Source of the DNA: Nanobdellota archaeon
GTDB taxonomy: Archaea > Nanobdellota > Nanobdellia > Woesearchaeales > GW2011-AR9
Length of the DNA: 27,116 bases
Direction of reading: 5' to 3'
Assembly: GCA_038046465.1 (NCBI GenBank)
Contig: JBBSWB010000050.1
Span: forward strand, 1-27,116
The position numbers and the translations under genes were made by a program. Positions within the stretch are counted from its first letter, which is position 1. The number at the start of each line of letters is the position of its first letter. The notes beneath the pieces were generated by a model. It had not been told where the DNA came from. It did not search any database and saw nothing but the letters and a program-made list of their open reading frames with translations. This document shows positions 1 to 9,514 of the stretch, piece by piece.

Positions 1-162
1 ATAAACTCTTTCTTTGTTGGAACATATGTGCTCTAAGTTATGCAGTTATCTATATTAAAGAAATAAATCCTTTTAAAGTTTGTGATAGATTAAATCATTA
101 AGGACAGTTTAATCGGATAAAAAAAATGAAAAACAATTTTAGCAGAAAATTATTCTTAAACG

Positions 163-1461
163 TTATTTTACAAAAGTAATTTTCTTGACTTTTTCCTGTA
201 CGTAATCGCTCTTTAACAAATGGTTAACAAAATCATTTAGCTTAGCGTGTTCTATTTTTACTTTAGCCATAATCCGGCCTTTCTCTTCGAAAGTAGTTTT
301 ATTTTTCTTTTTGAAATCAGCTACGTATTCTTTCATCGTTAATGGCGGACCGGAACGGATTTCGAATTGGGGCAGTTCTTTGCTAGCAAGAATAAAATAC
401 ATTACTGCTTTTTTATTGGTATCCCATTCCCAGCCAGATTTCTTAATTACAAAAGGCTTTAATTCCGTTTCCAAATAGTTGAACACTTTAAGCAGCTTCA
501 TTCCGACTACATCTATTTTTCCGGCAACTGGAATTGCTTGTAAAAAAACAAGGTTGCTTGCATCTTTGGGGTTGCTTGCATCTTTAGTTTTGTTTTTATC
601 CGCTTCTTTCTTTAAATCGGTGAGAGTAACTGTTTTTTTTTCAAAGAATTTAAGTTCTGGTTTTTTTAGGTATTCTTTAGCTAATTTTTTGAATTGATTA
701 AATTTATCTATCGATAAAGCCGCAGCAGCATTTCTGCTTTGGTCTACTGGATCAACAATAATTAAAGGTGACTGTAATTTAGATTTATTAATGTTAAACA
801 ACGCTTCTTTTCCAGAATAAAATTTGGAAGGATCAATAATCTCTTTCAAATTCCATTTTGGGGCTGCTGCTAATAGCGCTTTAAATGAGCCGTAGTAGAT
901 AGTCAAAATTTCTAATATATAACCGCTAAAACCACCGATATAAGACTCTGCTCCGTATAAACCATTAGCTTTACAGAATTGTTTGGCTAATCTAATGTCA
1001 TCTTTTACCGTTTTGCCTTGCTTATTGACCCATTGTGAGTGCAAATGTGAAACATCAGTAATGTTTACAGCTTGCTTAGATTTAGTTATAGCTAAGATAG
1101 GAACCACTTCAAAACTTAATTGTTGAAAAATTAATTGAAAATAATCCCTGCTGCCATGTAACCGCTCTAATTTTAGATTAGGAAAAGCTTTTTTGAGTGA
1201 AGGTTCTAACAGATTAGCTAATTGCTCGGATTGGTCGATAAATTTTTTATAATCAAATAAAACAAAAACATCTACATCATAATTTCCGGAAAGCCAGGTA
1301 TCTTTAGCCCCGCTTCCCCCCAAAATAGCTTGAGCATTTTTAAGCTGGGAGTTTAATTTTAGTAAAAAAGAAGTAACTATAGCTTTAAATTGGCTTTGTT
1401 CCTCTTTATTTGGCTTAATTTTGGAAAATACTTCTGTTATGATTAGATCGTCCGTTACCAT
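163..1461 (-). CDS. cca: Archaeal class I CCA-adding tRNA nucleotidyltransferase
   Basis: 432 aa ORF; nucleotidyltransferase motif GGSGAKDTWLSGNYDVDVFVLFD near the N-terminus, and overall architecture of archaeal CCA enzymes (C-terminal YFILASKELPQFEIRSGPPL region). Confidence 0.9.
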   Translation of the reverse strand: MVTDDLIITEVFSKIKPNKEEQSQFKAIVTSFLLKLNSQLKNAQAILGGSGAKDTWLSGNYDVDVFVLFDYKKFIDQSEQLANLLEPSLKKAFPNLKLERLHGSRDYFQLIFQQLSFEVVPILAITKSKQAVNITDVSHLHSQWVNKQGKTVKDDIRLAKQFCKANGLYGAESYIGGFSGYILEILTIYYGSFKALLAAAPKWNLKEIIDPSKFYSGKEALFNINKSKLQSPLIIVDPVDQSRNAAAALSIDKFNQFKKLAKEYLKKPELKFFEKKTVTLTDLKKEADKNKTKDASNPKDASNLVFLQAIPVAGKIDVVGMKLLKVFNYLETELKPFVIKKSGWEWDTNKKAVMYFILASKELPQFEIRSGPPLTMKEYVADFKKKNKTTFEEKGRIMAKVKIEHAKLNDFVNHLLKSDYVQEKVKKITFVK

Positions 1462-1551
1462 TCTTATTTCTAAAAAGAAGCGGATTATATAAATTTATTT
1501 ACAATGGGGGGTAACACAATTTTTTAAATATGCTTGCATCTCTTACTAGAA

Positions 1552-1842
1552 ATGGCTGTTTTAATTGTAAAAGTAAAATGTTTTCATTGTAATAAAGAAG
1601 TAGCTAAAGCACAATCCTTGCCGATTAAATCCATAAATAATGGAGAAAGATACAGCTGTTTTGATTGTTTTAAAAAAAACAAAACTCCGGCCTGGGGATT
1701 TGGAGATAAAGTTCCTCTTAAAAGAGAATTATATTGCGAACGGTGTAATTATTATTTTGCTTCTAAAATAAAATCCTGCCCTTACTGTAATAAAGCGGAT
1801 TTAGTCTCAGAAGCAAATGTTTCTATTAATGATCTGTTGTAA
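1552..1842 (+). CDS. Small zinc-ribbon protein, function unknown
   Basis: Three CxxC pairs: CFHC, CFDC, CERC followed by CPYC. ATG at 1552 preferred over the TTG at 1534 used in the ORF track. Confidence 0.7.
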   Translation: MAVLIVKVKCFHCNKEVAKAQSLPIKSINNGERYSCFDCFKKNKTPAWGFGDKVPLKRELYCERCNYYFASKIKSCPYCNKADLVSEANVSINDLL

Positions 1843-1952
1843 AGAATAAAACAGTTTAATTTTGTTGCATCCCTTAAGGTGATTTTAGTAACTTGCGTTC
1901 TATCAAAACGTTTTAGAAACATTTATTTACTAGCATCATTATATTGTATACT

Positions 1953-2348
1953 ATGATTAGGTGGATTAATCTTAAATTATCTGAATTTAAATATACTAGT
2001 AAATTTTATGTAGGGGTGGTGTTAATCATCAGCAGTTTTCTCCTGGCCAAATTAGTCCTTGCCACCTTTGTCATTTATTTTAATTATCCTTTGATTAGAT
2101 GGCTGTCAATTATTATTTATGTTCTGACCTGGCCCATGCTGTTTATTGGCGTATGGTGGGTGGGAAAAGAATATGCTAATGCTTTACATCGCTACTTTTC
2201 TTATCATTTTTATCACCAGTCATTAAAAGAAGGAACCAGGACCGCTTATAATAAAACTAAAGAGAAAACTAAAGAAATCCATTCTAATGTTAAAAGAAAA
2301 TTTGCTGAAAAATCCGCTAAATGGCCTAGAAAAAAGCAAAGTATATAA
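1953..2348 (+). CDS. Small membrane protein with two predicted transmembrane helices and a basic C-terminal tail
   Basis: Hydrophobic stretches FYVGVVLIISSFLLAKLVLATFVIYF and IRWLSIIIYVLTWPMLFIGVWWVG. ATG at 1953 preferred over TTG at 1944. Confidence 0.65.
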   Translation: MIRWINLKLSEFKYTSKFYVGVVLIISSFLLAKLVLATFVIYFNYPLIRWLSIIIYVLTWPMLFIGVWWVGKEYANALHRYFSYHFYHQSLKEGTRTAYNKTKEKTKEIHSNVKRKFAEKSAKWPRKKQSI

Positions 2349-2394
2349 GCAAGTTAACCTCTCAACTTAAAAAACATTGGGGGTGGCCAATAAA

Positions 2395-2850
2395 ATGAGA
2401 AAATATTTGTGTGTGTCTTTACTAATTCTGGTGCTAGCATTAGCAGTTGGCTGTACAGAAAAAGTTAACTCAGATGCTGCTTTGCCGGTAGTTGGTGAAG
2501 CAAGTGAACCTGCAGCAGAAGCGGAAAGCGAACCAGAAACAGTTGTAGAAGAAGCAGTTGTTGAAGAACCTGTAAAAGAAGGAATACAGATAATTGGTTC
2601 TGATGGATTTAGTCCAGAAAAACTTACTGTTAAAGTTGGAGATACGGTGGTCTTTACTAACAAAGCTCTTCCTGCTGACAAAGTTAAGGATGCCGTTTTG
2701 GTAATTCAAAATACCCAAACTAAACAGACTAAAACTCCGGGCAAGATTTTCTACGGAGCGAGTTACGAACACACGTTTGACAAAGCAGGAACTTATTCCG
2801 TTTGGACTGTTGCTTATGCAGCAGTCAAAGGAACTGTGATTGTAGAATAA
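2395..2850 (+). CDS. Lipoprotein with cupredoxin/plastocyanin-like domain
   Basis: Signal peptide with lipobox (LVLALAVGC), acidic Pro/Glu/Ala linker, then GFSPEKLTVKVGDTVVFTN...YEHTFDKAGTYSVW...GTVIVE in cupredoxin order. ATG at 2395, preceded by GGGGGTGG. Confidence 0.7.
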   Translation: MRKYLCVSLLILVLALAVGCTEKVNSDAALPVVGEASEPAAEAESEPETVVEEAVVEEPVKEGIQIIGSDGFSPEKLTVKVGDTVVFTNKALPADKVKDAVLVIQNTQTKQTKTPGKIFYGASYEHTFDKAGTYSVWTVAYAAVKGTVIVE

Positions 2851-2984
2851 AAAATTTAATTCGTTCTTTTTTTTATTTTTATCTTTATTTAAATGGTTAT
2901 TTTCTTTATTATTGGCAGCATATTTCTTATTTACTTTTATAATGTAATTAAACAATGTACTGGCCTAGAAAAATATAATCTACT

Positions 2985-5900
2985 CTAAACTACCTTAAAA
3001 GTAAATTTGTTTACCAGACCTATAGATAGTTCTTTTACAGTTAAGGTCCAAGAACCTTTAGGTGCATTTTCTCCTAATAAGATTGGTAATGTATATTGCC
3101 CATCCCCTGCTGTGGCGGCATAGCGGGAGTAAGCGTGTTTCTTTCCAAAGGGATCAACAATTTCGATTTGGATTGGGAATATAGCCTTAATATTATAACC
3201 ATAAACACTATTAACACTGATCTTAATTGGAGTTAATTGGTTGCCATTAATAATTGCTTTAATTGCTGCCGATCGGATAGCGGTAACTGAAGGTATGTCA
3301 ATATTGACAAAATTTGGTTCAGCTCGATAAAATGCAATTAATTTTCCTTTTAATCTAGGGATAGAAATATCAAAGGTTACTTTTTGCCCGTCATACGTTG
3401 ACGGTAATTTCTTCCCACTGATTACATCGACCACAATCACTTCTGAGGGCACAGCTACACTTACGGTAGCAGTATTCTGCCCGGAATAAATATTTTGGCT
3501 AGTTAAATAACCAATTTGTTTTTGATTAATATCTTGGTTAACTGTTCCATCGCTATTGATTAAATCCTTACCCAACTTCTTGCCAATAACTGTATTAGCT
3601 ACCTCTACATATTCCTGTTTGGTATGTACATCCACTAACCACAGATATTTTGCGTCTCCGCCTTTATATTTTTTGTAAATAATCGTGTCGGAACTAATTT
3701 TAACTTCTGGAGTTACAAATTGATCCATAGCAGTACGAATCTCTTGCAGGTGCGCAGGATCAGCGTAATCTTGTGAATAATCGGGGTAAGCACACCCGCC
3801 CCATTTCACAAATTCCACTCCGGCATTCTTAACATTATTCCCAGTTAATCCTAGGTTAGAAGCAGCAGCTCCGCCTTCCAAAGTACCTGCATCAACAATG
3901 ACTGGAATATTTGAAGCTTGTAAGATATCAAATACATCTTGGCGTAGCCAGTTAACTCTGGATAAGACCACTGCATCATACTCTTTTAAACGTCCAGCTA
4001 AGATTTCTTCTTCGGCCACTGGTTCAACGTCAACGCCAGCTAATAATAGATTATCATAGGAGCACTGAGCAGCGGTTTGAGAGTAATCCCGATCATAACT
4101 TGCCTGAGTAAAAGGCACCAACAATCCTACTTTTCTTGTTTCTGGCTGAATTGCAGTAAACAAAGAACCAAATTTCTGAGCTACTGGACCAGTAACGTCT
4201 TTGGTCACTTTCCAGAATTCTGGACTAACTGCATTACCCCATGGTTGAGGAGTATCCATCCAATATTCAATTCCATCCACACCAGCTGCCATCAACAAGT
4301 AAAAAGTATTCCAAATATATGATTCTTCAGGCCAGTAGGCTTCGGGCATTACATACATCGGTAAATCCCGATTACCCATCCGACCAATTTCCGTCCAATA
4401 TAAATAACCCAGCATCGGGCGTGAATAAGACAAATACATATAATAAGAAAGCATATTAAACCCATTTTTACCAAAGTTGTAAGGGGGATAATGCCCACCA
4501 TCTGTATAAAATAAAGGCAACCCCATCCCGCCGGGAATTGGACCAATTTTTGCATTCGAATTGGCTTCTACTACTCCTTGCGTAACTGCTTTGTTGTATT
4601 CACCCAATACATCTTTGCTTAAGAAACGATTCCAAGCTAACCAAGTATTATTTACGGGAACAGCTCCAGCTTTACTTTGAGAGGGAAAAGGCGTAGGGTA
4701 AAGATCATAGCGGTATACTTTTAGTTCATTTCCTTCCTCTCTAATTTCAAAAGTAAAGTGGGTGCTTTTGATTCTCCATTTATTATTTTCAAATTTTTCT
4801 ATTGGTAAATCAGGTAACTCCATTTCCATTTCTTTGGATTTATCAATAATTATTTTAGCAAGAGCTCCCGGTTTATTTAATTCTGTAGGCAAATAAGGTT
4901 TAAATTCTAAACCCATATTAAACTTATAAACGGGATTGAATTCAGTTGGGCGGGGAGCAGTTAAACCAGTTAACTGTTTAAACCGTTCTTTATTTCTCGT
5001 TGCCCAATCCCAGCCACCATGAATACTAAAATCGTCGCTGGTAACAATTCGCGGGAAAAAGGATGGAAATTGGCTTACTCTTTTTACGATAGAAGACATT
5101 TCTATACCTGCTTTAACCCAAACCGTTTCATCTGAAAGACCTTCGCCAAGGTATCCTGCCCATTGCAATCCATTAGCATCTATCTTGGGAGTTAATAAGG
5201 CTAAAGCACCGTGCGGAATCAATCGCATCATAAAAGGCGCCCCTTCATCTAAAGTAGCATCAGCAACAGCAGCGGGTGGTTCTGTAGCCCGATAAAATAA
5301 AGGGCTAAGATAAGAAGATTCTAATTTTTTTAATCGCTCATAAGCCGCTGTACGAGTAGTATCTGCAGTGGTTCCAATTCCATAAAAGAAATCAGGTTCT
5401 GGTTTTAATCTTAATCCGATAACATGTTCTACTGAATCGATAACTTGAAAGCCAAACTGAGTATTTTTTTCCAGAGTAACTTTTAATAAATAATCCCCTA
5501 TAGCATAAGTTCCCGGATTAATGTTCATCAAAACAACTTCTGCTCGGCTGTTTGCGGAAGCAGTAACTTTCTTTTCGACTTGCTGTAGCAGTTGATTGCA
5601 ATAATATAAAGAAGCTTTAACTGTATATTCCTGATCTACATCTTTTTGATTTCTAAGAATTGCTTTAGCTTGAATCATATTTTCCCGAGTAAAATAATGT
5701 AATGCGGGTGCACCTGATTTTTCATTTACATCTTTAACTCCAGGAACTACTCCACCAGGACCAGATAAACTTTGAACTTTGGAAGCTTGTACAGCCACTT
5801 TAGTTTCTACTTCTAAAGACGTTTCCGGCAAAGCTTCGTAATCACTCTTTTTCATTACAATAATATCATCGAGCCAAACTGTTCCGGAACCGCTCTGAAA

Positions 5901-6674
5901 TAAGATACTCGGAGAAAGCACATTTCTATCAGCTGGAATCGGAATACTTGCTAATCGGTGTTCCCACTCAGGTATATTAATCGAGTTTGGATTGGTTGTA
6001 GTAAAAGGAGCCCAAAAGTAAGGTTCACTTAAAGGCGCATTAGTGCCTTCAATTTTACCAGATATCTGTAAAATAGTAAGATATGCATTTTTATTGATGA
6101 TATTTTCTCCTTTAACCCAATAAGAGATAACATATTCTGTATTTGGTTCAACGCCAACAACACCGCCGCCATAAGCTCCAGCAGTCATGCCTAGAACGCC
6201 ATGACATTTTGTTGGATCTTTAGCAGAAATCTTTAAAGAATATTTTCCACTATGTTTAACGTTACTGTCAAGTTCAAATTTAGATAACTCTTCAAAGTTA
6301 GAATACTTATAAGGTTTACCCCACCCTTGTATCCAACCTTCTGCGTCTAAGTCTTCAAAGTCTAATTTCCAAAGATATTTCTCTTTAATTTTATAAGATA
6401 AGTCTATAACGCACTGTGTATCTGCGGGTGCGTTTTCAGAAGCTACGGTTTTAGAAGCTTCAGAAGTAGCTATTTTAGAAGCAGCAACATAATTGCGTAT
6501 GGCTGTTTTAGAAGCTTTAATTGCATCTCCAACAAACGATTCTTGAGAACTTAATAAAAATACACCAAATAATAAAACAATTACCACTAAACCAATTATA
6601 CCTATTATGGCTATTTTTTTATTTTCAGCAGTAAACTTACTTTTCTGTTTAACTTTAGCTTTTTTTCGGTGCAT
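2985..6674 (-). CDS. Large membrane-anchored extracellular glycoside-hydrolase-like protein with N-terminal carbohydrate-binding-like domain
   Basis: 1229 aa; N-terminal TM (IAIIGIIGLVVIVLLFGVFLL); jelly-roll-like region (WKLDFEDLDAEGWIQGW...KHSGKYSLKISAKDPT...TVWLDDIIVMKK); barrel-like region with FHGGWDW/EFWKVTKDV-type motifs; GKxGLLVPFTQAS..LLLAGVDVEPVAEEEILAGRLKEYDAVVLSR resembling beta-galactosidase trimerisation-type domains; C-terminal beta-sandwich. Family assignment by pattern only. Confidence 0.55.
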   Translation of the reverse strand: MHRKKAKVKQKSKFTAENKKIAIIGIIGLVVIVLLFGVFLLSSQESFVGDAIKASKTAIRNYVAASKIATSEASKTVASENAPADTQCVIDLSYKIKEKYLWKLDFEDLDAEGWIQGWGKPYKYSNFEELSKFELDSNVKHSGKYSLKISAKDPTKCHGVLGMTAGAYGGGVVGVEPNTEYVISYWVKGENIINKNAYLTILQISGKIEGTNAPLSEPYFWAPFTTTNPNSINIPEWEHRLASIPIPADRNVLSPSILFQSGSGTVWLDDIIVMKKSDYEALPETSLEVETKVAVQASKVQSLSGPGGVVPGVKDVNEKSGAPALHYFTRENMIQAKAILRNQKDVDQEYTVKASLYYCNQLLQQVEKKVTASANSRAEVVLMNINPGTYAIGDYLLKVTLEKNTQFGFQVIDSVEHVIGLRLKPEPDFFYGIGTTADTTRTAAYERLKKLESSYLSPLFYRATEPPAAVADATLDEGAPFMMRLIPHGALALLTPKIDANGLQWAGYLGEGLSDETVWVKAGIEMSSIVKRVSQFPSFFPRIVTSDDFSIHGGWDWATRNKERFKQLTGLTAPRPTEFNPVYKFNMGLEFKPYLPTELNKPGALAKIIIDKSKEMEMELPDLPIEKFENNKWRIKSTHFTFEIREEGNELKVYRYDLYPTPFPSQSKAGAVPVNNTWLAWNRFLSKDVLGEYNKAVTQGVVEANSNAKIGPIPGGMGLPLFYTDGGHYPPYNFGKNGFNMLSYYMYLSYSRPMLGYLYWTEIGRMGNRDLPMYVMPEAYWPEESYIWNTFYLLMAAGVDGIEYWMDTPQPWGNAVSPEFWKVTKDVTGPVAQKFGSLFTAIQPETRKVGLLVPFTQASYDRDYSQTAAQCSYDNLLLAGVDVEPVAEEEILAGRLKEYDAVVLSRVNWLRQDVFDILQASNIPVIVDAGTLEGGAAASNLGLTGNNVKNAGVEFVKWGGCAYPDYSQDYADPAHLQEIRTAMDQFVTPEVKISSDTIIYKKYKGGDAKYLWLVDVHTKQEYVEVANTVIGKKLGKDLINSDGTVNQDINQKQIGYLTSQNIYSGQNTATVSVAVPSEVIVVDVISGKKLPSTYDGQKVTFDISIPRLKGKLIAFYRAEPNFVNIDIPSVTAIRSAAIKAIINGNQLTPIKISVNSVYGYNIKAIFPIQIEIVDPFGKKHAYSRYAATAGDGQYTLPILLGENAPKGSWTLTVKELSIGLVNKFTFKVV

Positions 6675-6775
6675 CTATCTACCTTTTTTTTAGATAATAA
6701 TAATAATGTAATTAGTAATAACAGTTTAGTATTTATTTGTTTCGGATAGGTTTAATCCATATTCCCAAGTAAACA

Positions 6776-6783
6776 TTTAAAAA
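6776..6783 (+). promoter_or_regulatory. Putative archaeal TATA box of the selenouridine synthase gene, implying a leaderless GTG start
   Basis: TTTAAAAA centred about 28 nt upstream of the GTG start at 6808. Confidence 0.45.
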
Positions 6784-6807
6784 AGCGCTTCTTAACTAAT
6801 TAAATCA

Positions 6808-7830
6808 GTGGTTAATAAAATAACTGTAGAAGCAGCATTTGAACTTAAAAGCACACTGTTTATAGATGCAAGAACGCCCAAAGAATACGCAGAAGACCAT
6901 CTTTTGGGAGCAGTAAATGTTCCTTTGCTATCAAATGAAGAAAGGCACGAGATTGGTTTAATTTACAAACAACAATCACGGGAAAAAGCGATTGAAAAGG
7001 GGTTAGAATTATTTCCGACCAAAATCCCTTCTATCTATAATGCAGTAAAAGATCATAAAAATAAAACTATTGTTGTTTATTGTGCTAGAGGAGGGATGCG
7101 TTCTAATATTATTGCTTCATTGTTAGAATCAGTTGGATTTAAAGTCCTGCAACTAGAAGGCGGATACAAATCTTTTCGCAATTATCTTCTTCAGCAATTA
7201 AAAGATTTCAAGATTAAACCAAAGATAATTTGTTTGTATGGGTTAACTTGTTCAGGAAAAACAGAACTGCTAAAAAAACTTCCCAATGCTTTAGATTTAG
7301 AAGGCTTAGCTCAGCATCGGGGCAGTTTATATGGAGCAATTGGCTTAACTCCCCATTCCCAGAAAAAATTTGAAAATCTGCTACTGGATCGATTAAAACA
7401 GCTTAATGAAGAAAAATATATTTTTACTGAAGGGGAAAGTAGAAAAATAGGTAATGTAGAAATTCCTGCTGTTCTCTTTACAGCTATGAAAAAAGGAATA
7501 AATGTATTAGTTACCCGCAGCATCGACCGAAGAGCTGAGGAAGCAGTGAAAGAATATTTTTCTTCTCCGGAGAATATTAAAAAGATTATTGAGATCACTC
7601 CTCAATTAAAAGAAAATATTAGCCGGGAAAATAAAGAAGAAATAGTTAAATTAATTAACGAAAAAAAATATCAAGCAGCAGTTAAAATCCTGTTAGAGAA
7701 ATATTATGATCCTTTGTACGCCCATACTTTAAAGCAGCAGAAGTATACTTTTACAATTAATAACGATGATGTCGAGAAAGCAGTGGAAGAGATAAAAAGT
7801 AGATTACCAGAATTAAAATTAAAAAAGTAA
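6808..7830 (+). CDS. selU: tRNA 2-selenouridine synthase, rhodanese + P-loop domains fused
   Basis: 340 aa; rhodanese domain LFIDARTPKEYAEDHLLGAVNVPLLSNEERHEIGLIYKQQ...VVYCARGGMRS with catalytic Cys; P-loop LYGLTCSGKTELL; LDLEGLAQHRGSLYGAIG typical of MnmH/SelU (YbbB). Confidence 0.93.
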   Translation: MVNKITVEAAFELKSTLFIDARTPKEYAEDHLLGAVNVPLLSNEERHEIGLIYKQQSREKAIEKGLELFPTKIPSIYNAVKDHKNKTIVVYCARGGMRSNIIASLLESVGFKVLQLEGGYKSFRNYLLQQLKDFKIKPKIICLYGLTCSGKTELLKKLPNALDLEGLAQHRGSLYGAIGLTPHSQKKFENLLLDRLKQLNEEKYIFTEGESRKIGNVEIPAVLFTAMKKGINVLVTRSIDRRAEEAVKEYFSSPENIKKIIEITPQLKENISRENKEEIVKLINEKKYQAAVKILLEKYYDPLYAHTLKQQKYTFTINNDDVEKAVEEIKSRLPELKLKK

Positions 7831-7897
7831 ATATTCAAAAAATAGAATATTAAAAAATAAATAATTAAACCCAAATTAAATTAAAAAATAATTAAAG

Positions 7898-9385
7898 TTA
7901 ACTATTCTTGCACCTTTTCTTTCCGGCAGCTTCTGCTTCATACAAATCCTTGATTTGTTTCTCGGAAAGGGCAAAGTTATAGATCCCTACTTCATCAATC
8001 TGCCCCTTGAACGATTTTGAATCTTGCCCTTTACCGGGACCAATGTACAAACCACCGTCATTTGCGGTAACAAGGCAAGCCGAAATAGGCGCTACAGCTT
8101 TACTAGTTTCTCTAACCCCATCAACATAAATAATAATCCCTGGATTATTATAAGTAGGATTTGGGCAATAAACTCCGTCGGGGGTTACCGGATGGTATAC
8201 TACAATGACGTGGTGCCACTTATCAAAAAACTTATCTTCTTGAGAAATGAGTGTTCCAGCTTTAGTGCCCGCAGTTAATTTTACAGAGCTTTGCATCAAG
8301 GTAAATTGAAATTGGCCGCTGCCTTCTTCTAAGATTAATTCATAACCTGCCATTAAATTTGGGTTTCCTGGAGTTCCCCCCATCTTACTTAAGATTTTTC
8401 CAGGAGTAGAAGCTTTGACCCAAAGTTCAATACTGGAATCTGCATGAGTTCCAAATTCCAAGCTGTCTGCATCTGGAACATACACATACCCATTCTTAAC
8501 CGCATTAAAATTAAAGGCCTTGCCTAATTTACCAGAAGAGAAAGTAGTTCCGCTCCCAGCATTGCCATTTACACCGCCTTTAAGATCTTTAGCATCCCCA
8601 TCTGCCGGCCACCAGTGAGTTAATCCTTTTAAAGAAATGGCGCACAACTTGCAAACTTCTTTCTCGCATTCCCAGCCGCCCTCTATTTTACAATTAACAC
8701 AGCCATCTCCTTTGTTATTATTTCCGTCGTCACAGACTTCGCCACTTTCTACGACTTTATTACCGCAGACCGGGGCAGTAATTCCGCTGCACTCTTTATT
8801 ACACTTATTGGGTTTTCCATTACTCATACCCTCATCGCAGAATTCGCCCGCATGGGCAGGAATGGTTACTTTTCCTTGTTTAAAGCTTGCCCAAGAATTG
8901 GTTTGAATAATCCCATCGCCGCAAATTTCAAATTTACAGGTTTGAGAACAACCATCATTATTACTTTGTCCACCATCATCGCAATCTTCACTGGGGTTTA
9001 TATATTTGTTACCGCAAGGATTAGCTAGGGCAGGAATACAATTACCACTAATGCATTCTTTTCCTGCTCCGCAGGAAATGCTGTATCCAGTGTTTTTACA
9101 TATTTTTTTCTGTCCCATTTCATCGCAAACCCATTCCACGCAGTTATCTTTTGCCTGCTGCATGCTTTTGGCGATGCTTAAGACGTTTTTTTGAGCATAC
9201 TTATTATATAGAGCCATTCCGGCCACAGCTTCATTTTCTATTCCGCTTTCTTCAACGACCGCATTTAATTCTTCTCCTGATAATCCATCTAATTCCGTTT
9301 TTATATTTTCTTCAGAAGAAACACAACCGGTTAAGAACAGCAAAACTGTTAACAAAATTAATAATCCCAAAATCCTATTATTCAT
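7898..9385 (-). CDS. Surface lipoprotein with Cys-rich CGDG/CDDGN repeats and a LamG/concanavalin-like domain
   Basis: Lipobox LLFLTGC; three Cys-rich units (CGNKYINPSEDCDDGGQSNNDGC; CGDGIIQTN...CDEG; CGNKVVESGEVCDDGNNNKGDGC); LamG-like domain LTHWWPADGDAKDLKGGVNGNAGSGTTFSSGKLGKAFNF...GQIDEVGIYNFALSEKQIKDLYEAE. ATG at 9385 with GAGGTG just upstream is preferred over the track start at 9406. Confidence 0.8.
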   Translation of the reverse strand: MNNRILGLLILLTVLLFLTGCVSSEENIKTELDGLSGEELNAVVEESGIENEAVAGMALYNKYAQKNVLSIAKSMQQAKDNCVEWVCDEMGQKKICKNTGYSISCGAGKECISGNCIPALANPCGNKYINPSEDCDDGGQSNNDGCSQTCKFEICGDGIIQTNSWASFKQGKVTIPAHAGEFCDEGMSNGKPNKCNKECSGITAPVCGNKVVESGEVCDDGNNNKGDGCVNCKIEGGWECEKEVCKLCAISLKGLTHWWPADGDAKDLKGGVNGNAGSGTTFSSGKLGKAFNFNAVKNGYVYVPDADSLEFGTHADSSIELWVKASTPGKILSKMGGTPGNPNLMAGYELILEEGSGQFQFTLMQSSVKLTAGTKAGTLISQEDKFFDKWHHVIVVYHPVTPDGVYCPNPTYNNPGIIIYVDGVRETSKAVAPISACLVTANDGGLYIGPGKGQDSKSFKGQIDEVGIYNFALSEKQIKDLYEAEAAGKKRCKNS

Positions 9386-9514
9386 CTTAAACACCTCATT
9401 TGACACAACTTAAACAATTACTTAATGTAGCTTAAATCTTTCTTGAATATAAATATTTCTTAAATTATTTGAGGATAATAATGATGATGATCTACTTTAA
9501 AAAATTTAAACAAA

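Noticed and set aside
2367-2955. Antisense ORFs 2367..2681 and 2470..2955 (minus) over the cupredoxin gene
   Set aside because: Low-complexity Ser/Thr or Asn/Lys/Phe-rich translations opposite a well-supported lipoprotein gene; shadow ORFs.
4077-4555. ORFs 4077..4322, 4241..4459 and 4349..4555 inside the 1229-aa gene
   Set aside because: Alternative-frame ORFs within a long coherent protein; no ribosome-binding context or recognisable domains.
8024-9390. Plus-strand ORFs opposite the Cys-rich/LamG lipoprotein
   Set aside because: Antisense shadow ORFs; Cys/His/Pro-rich composition mirrors the opposite-strand codons.
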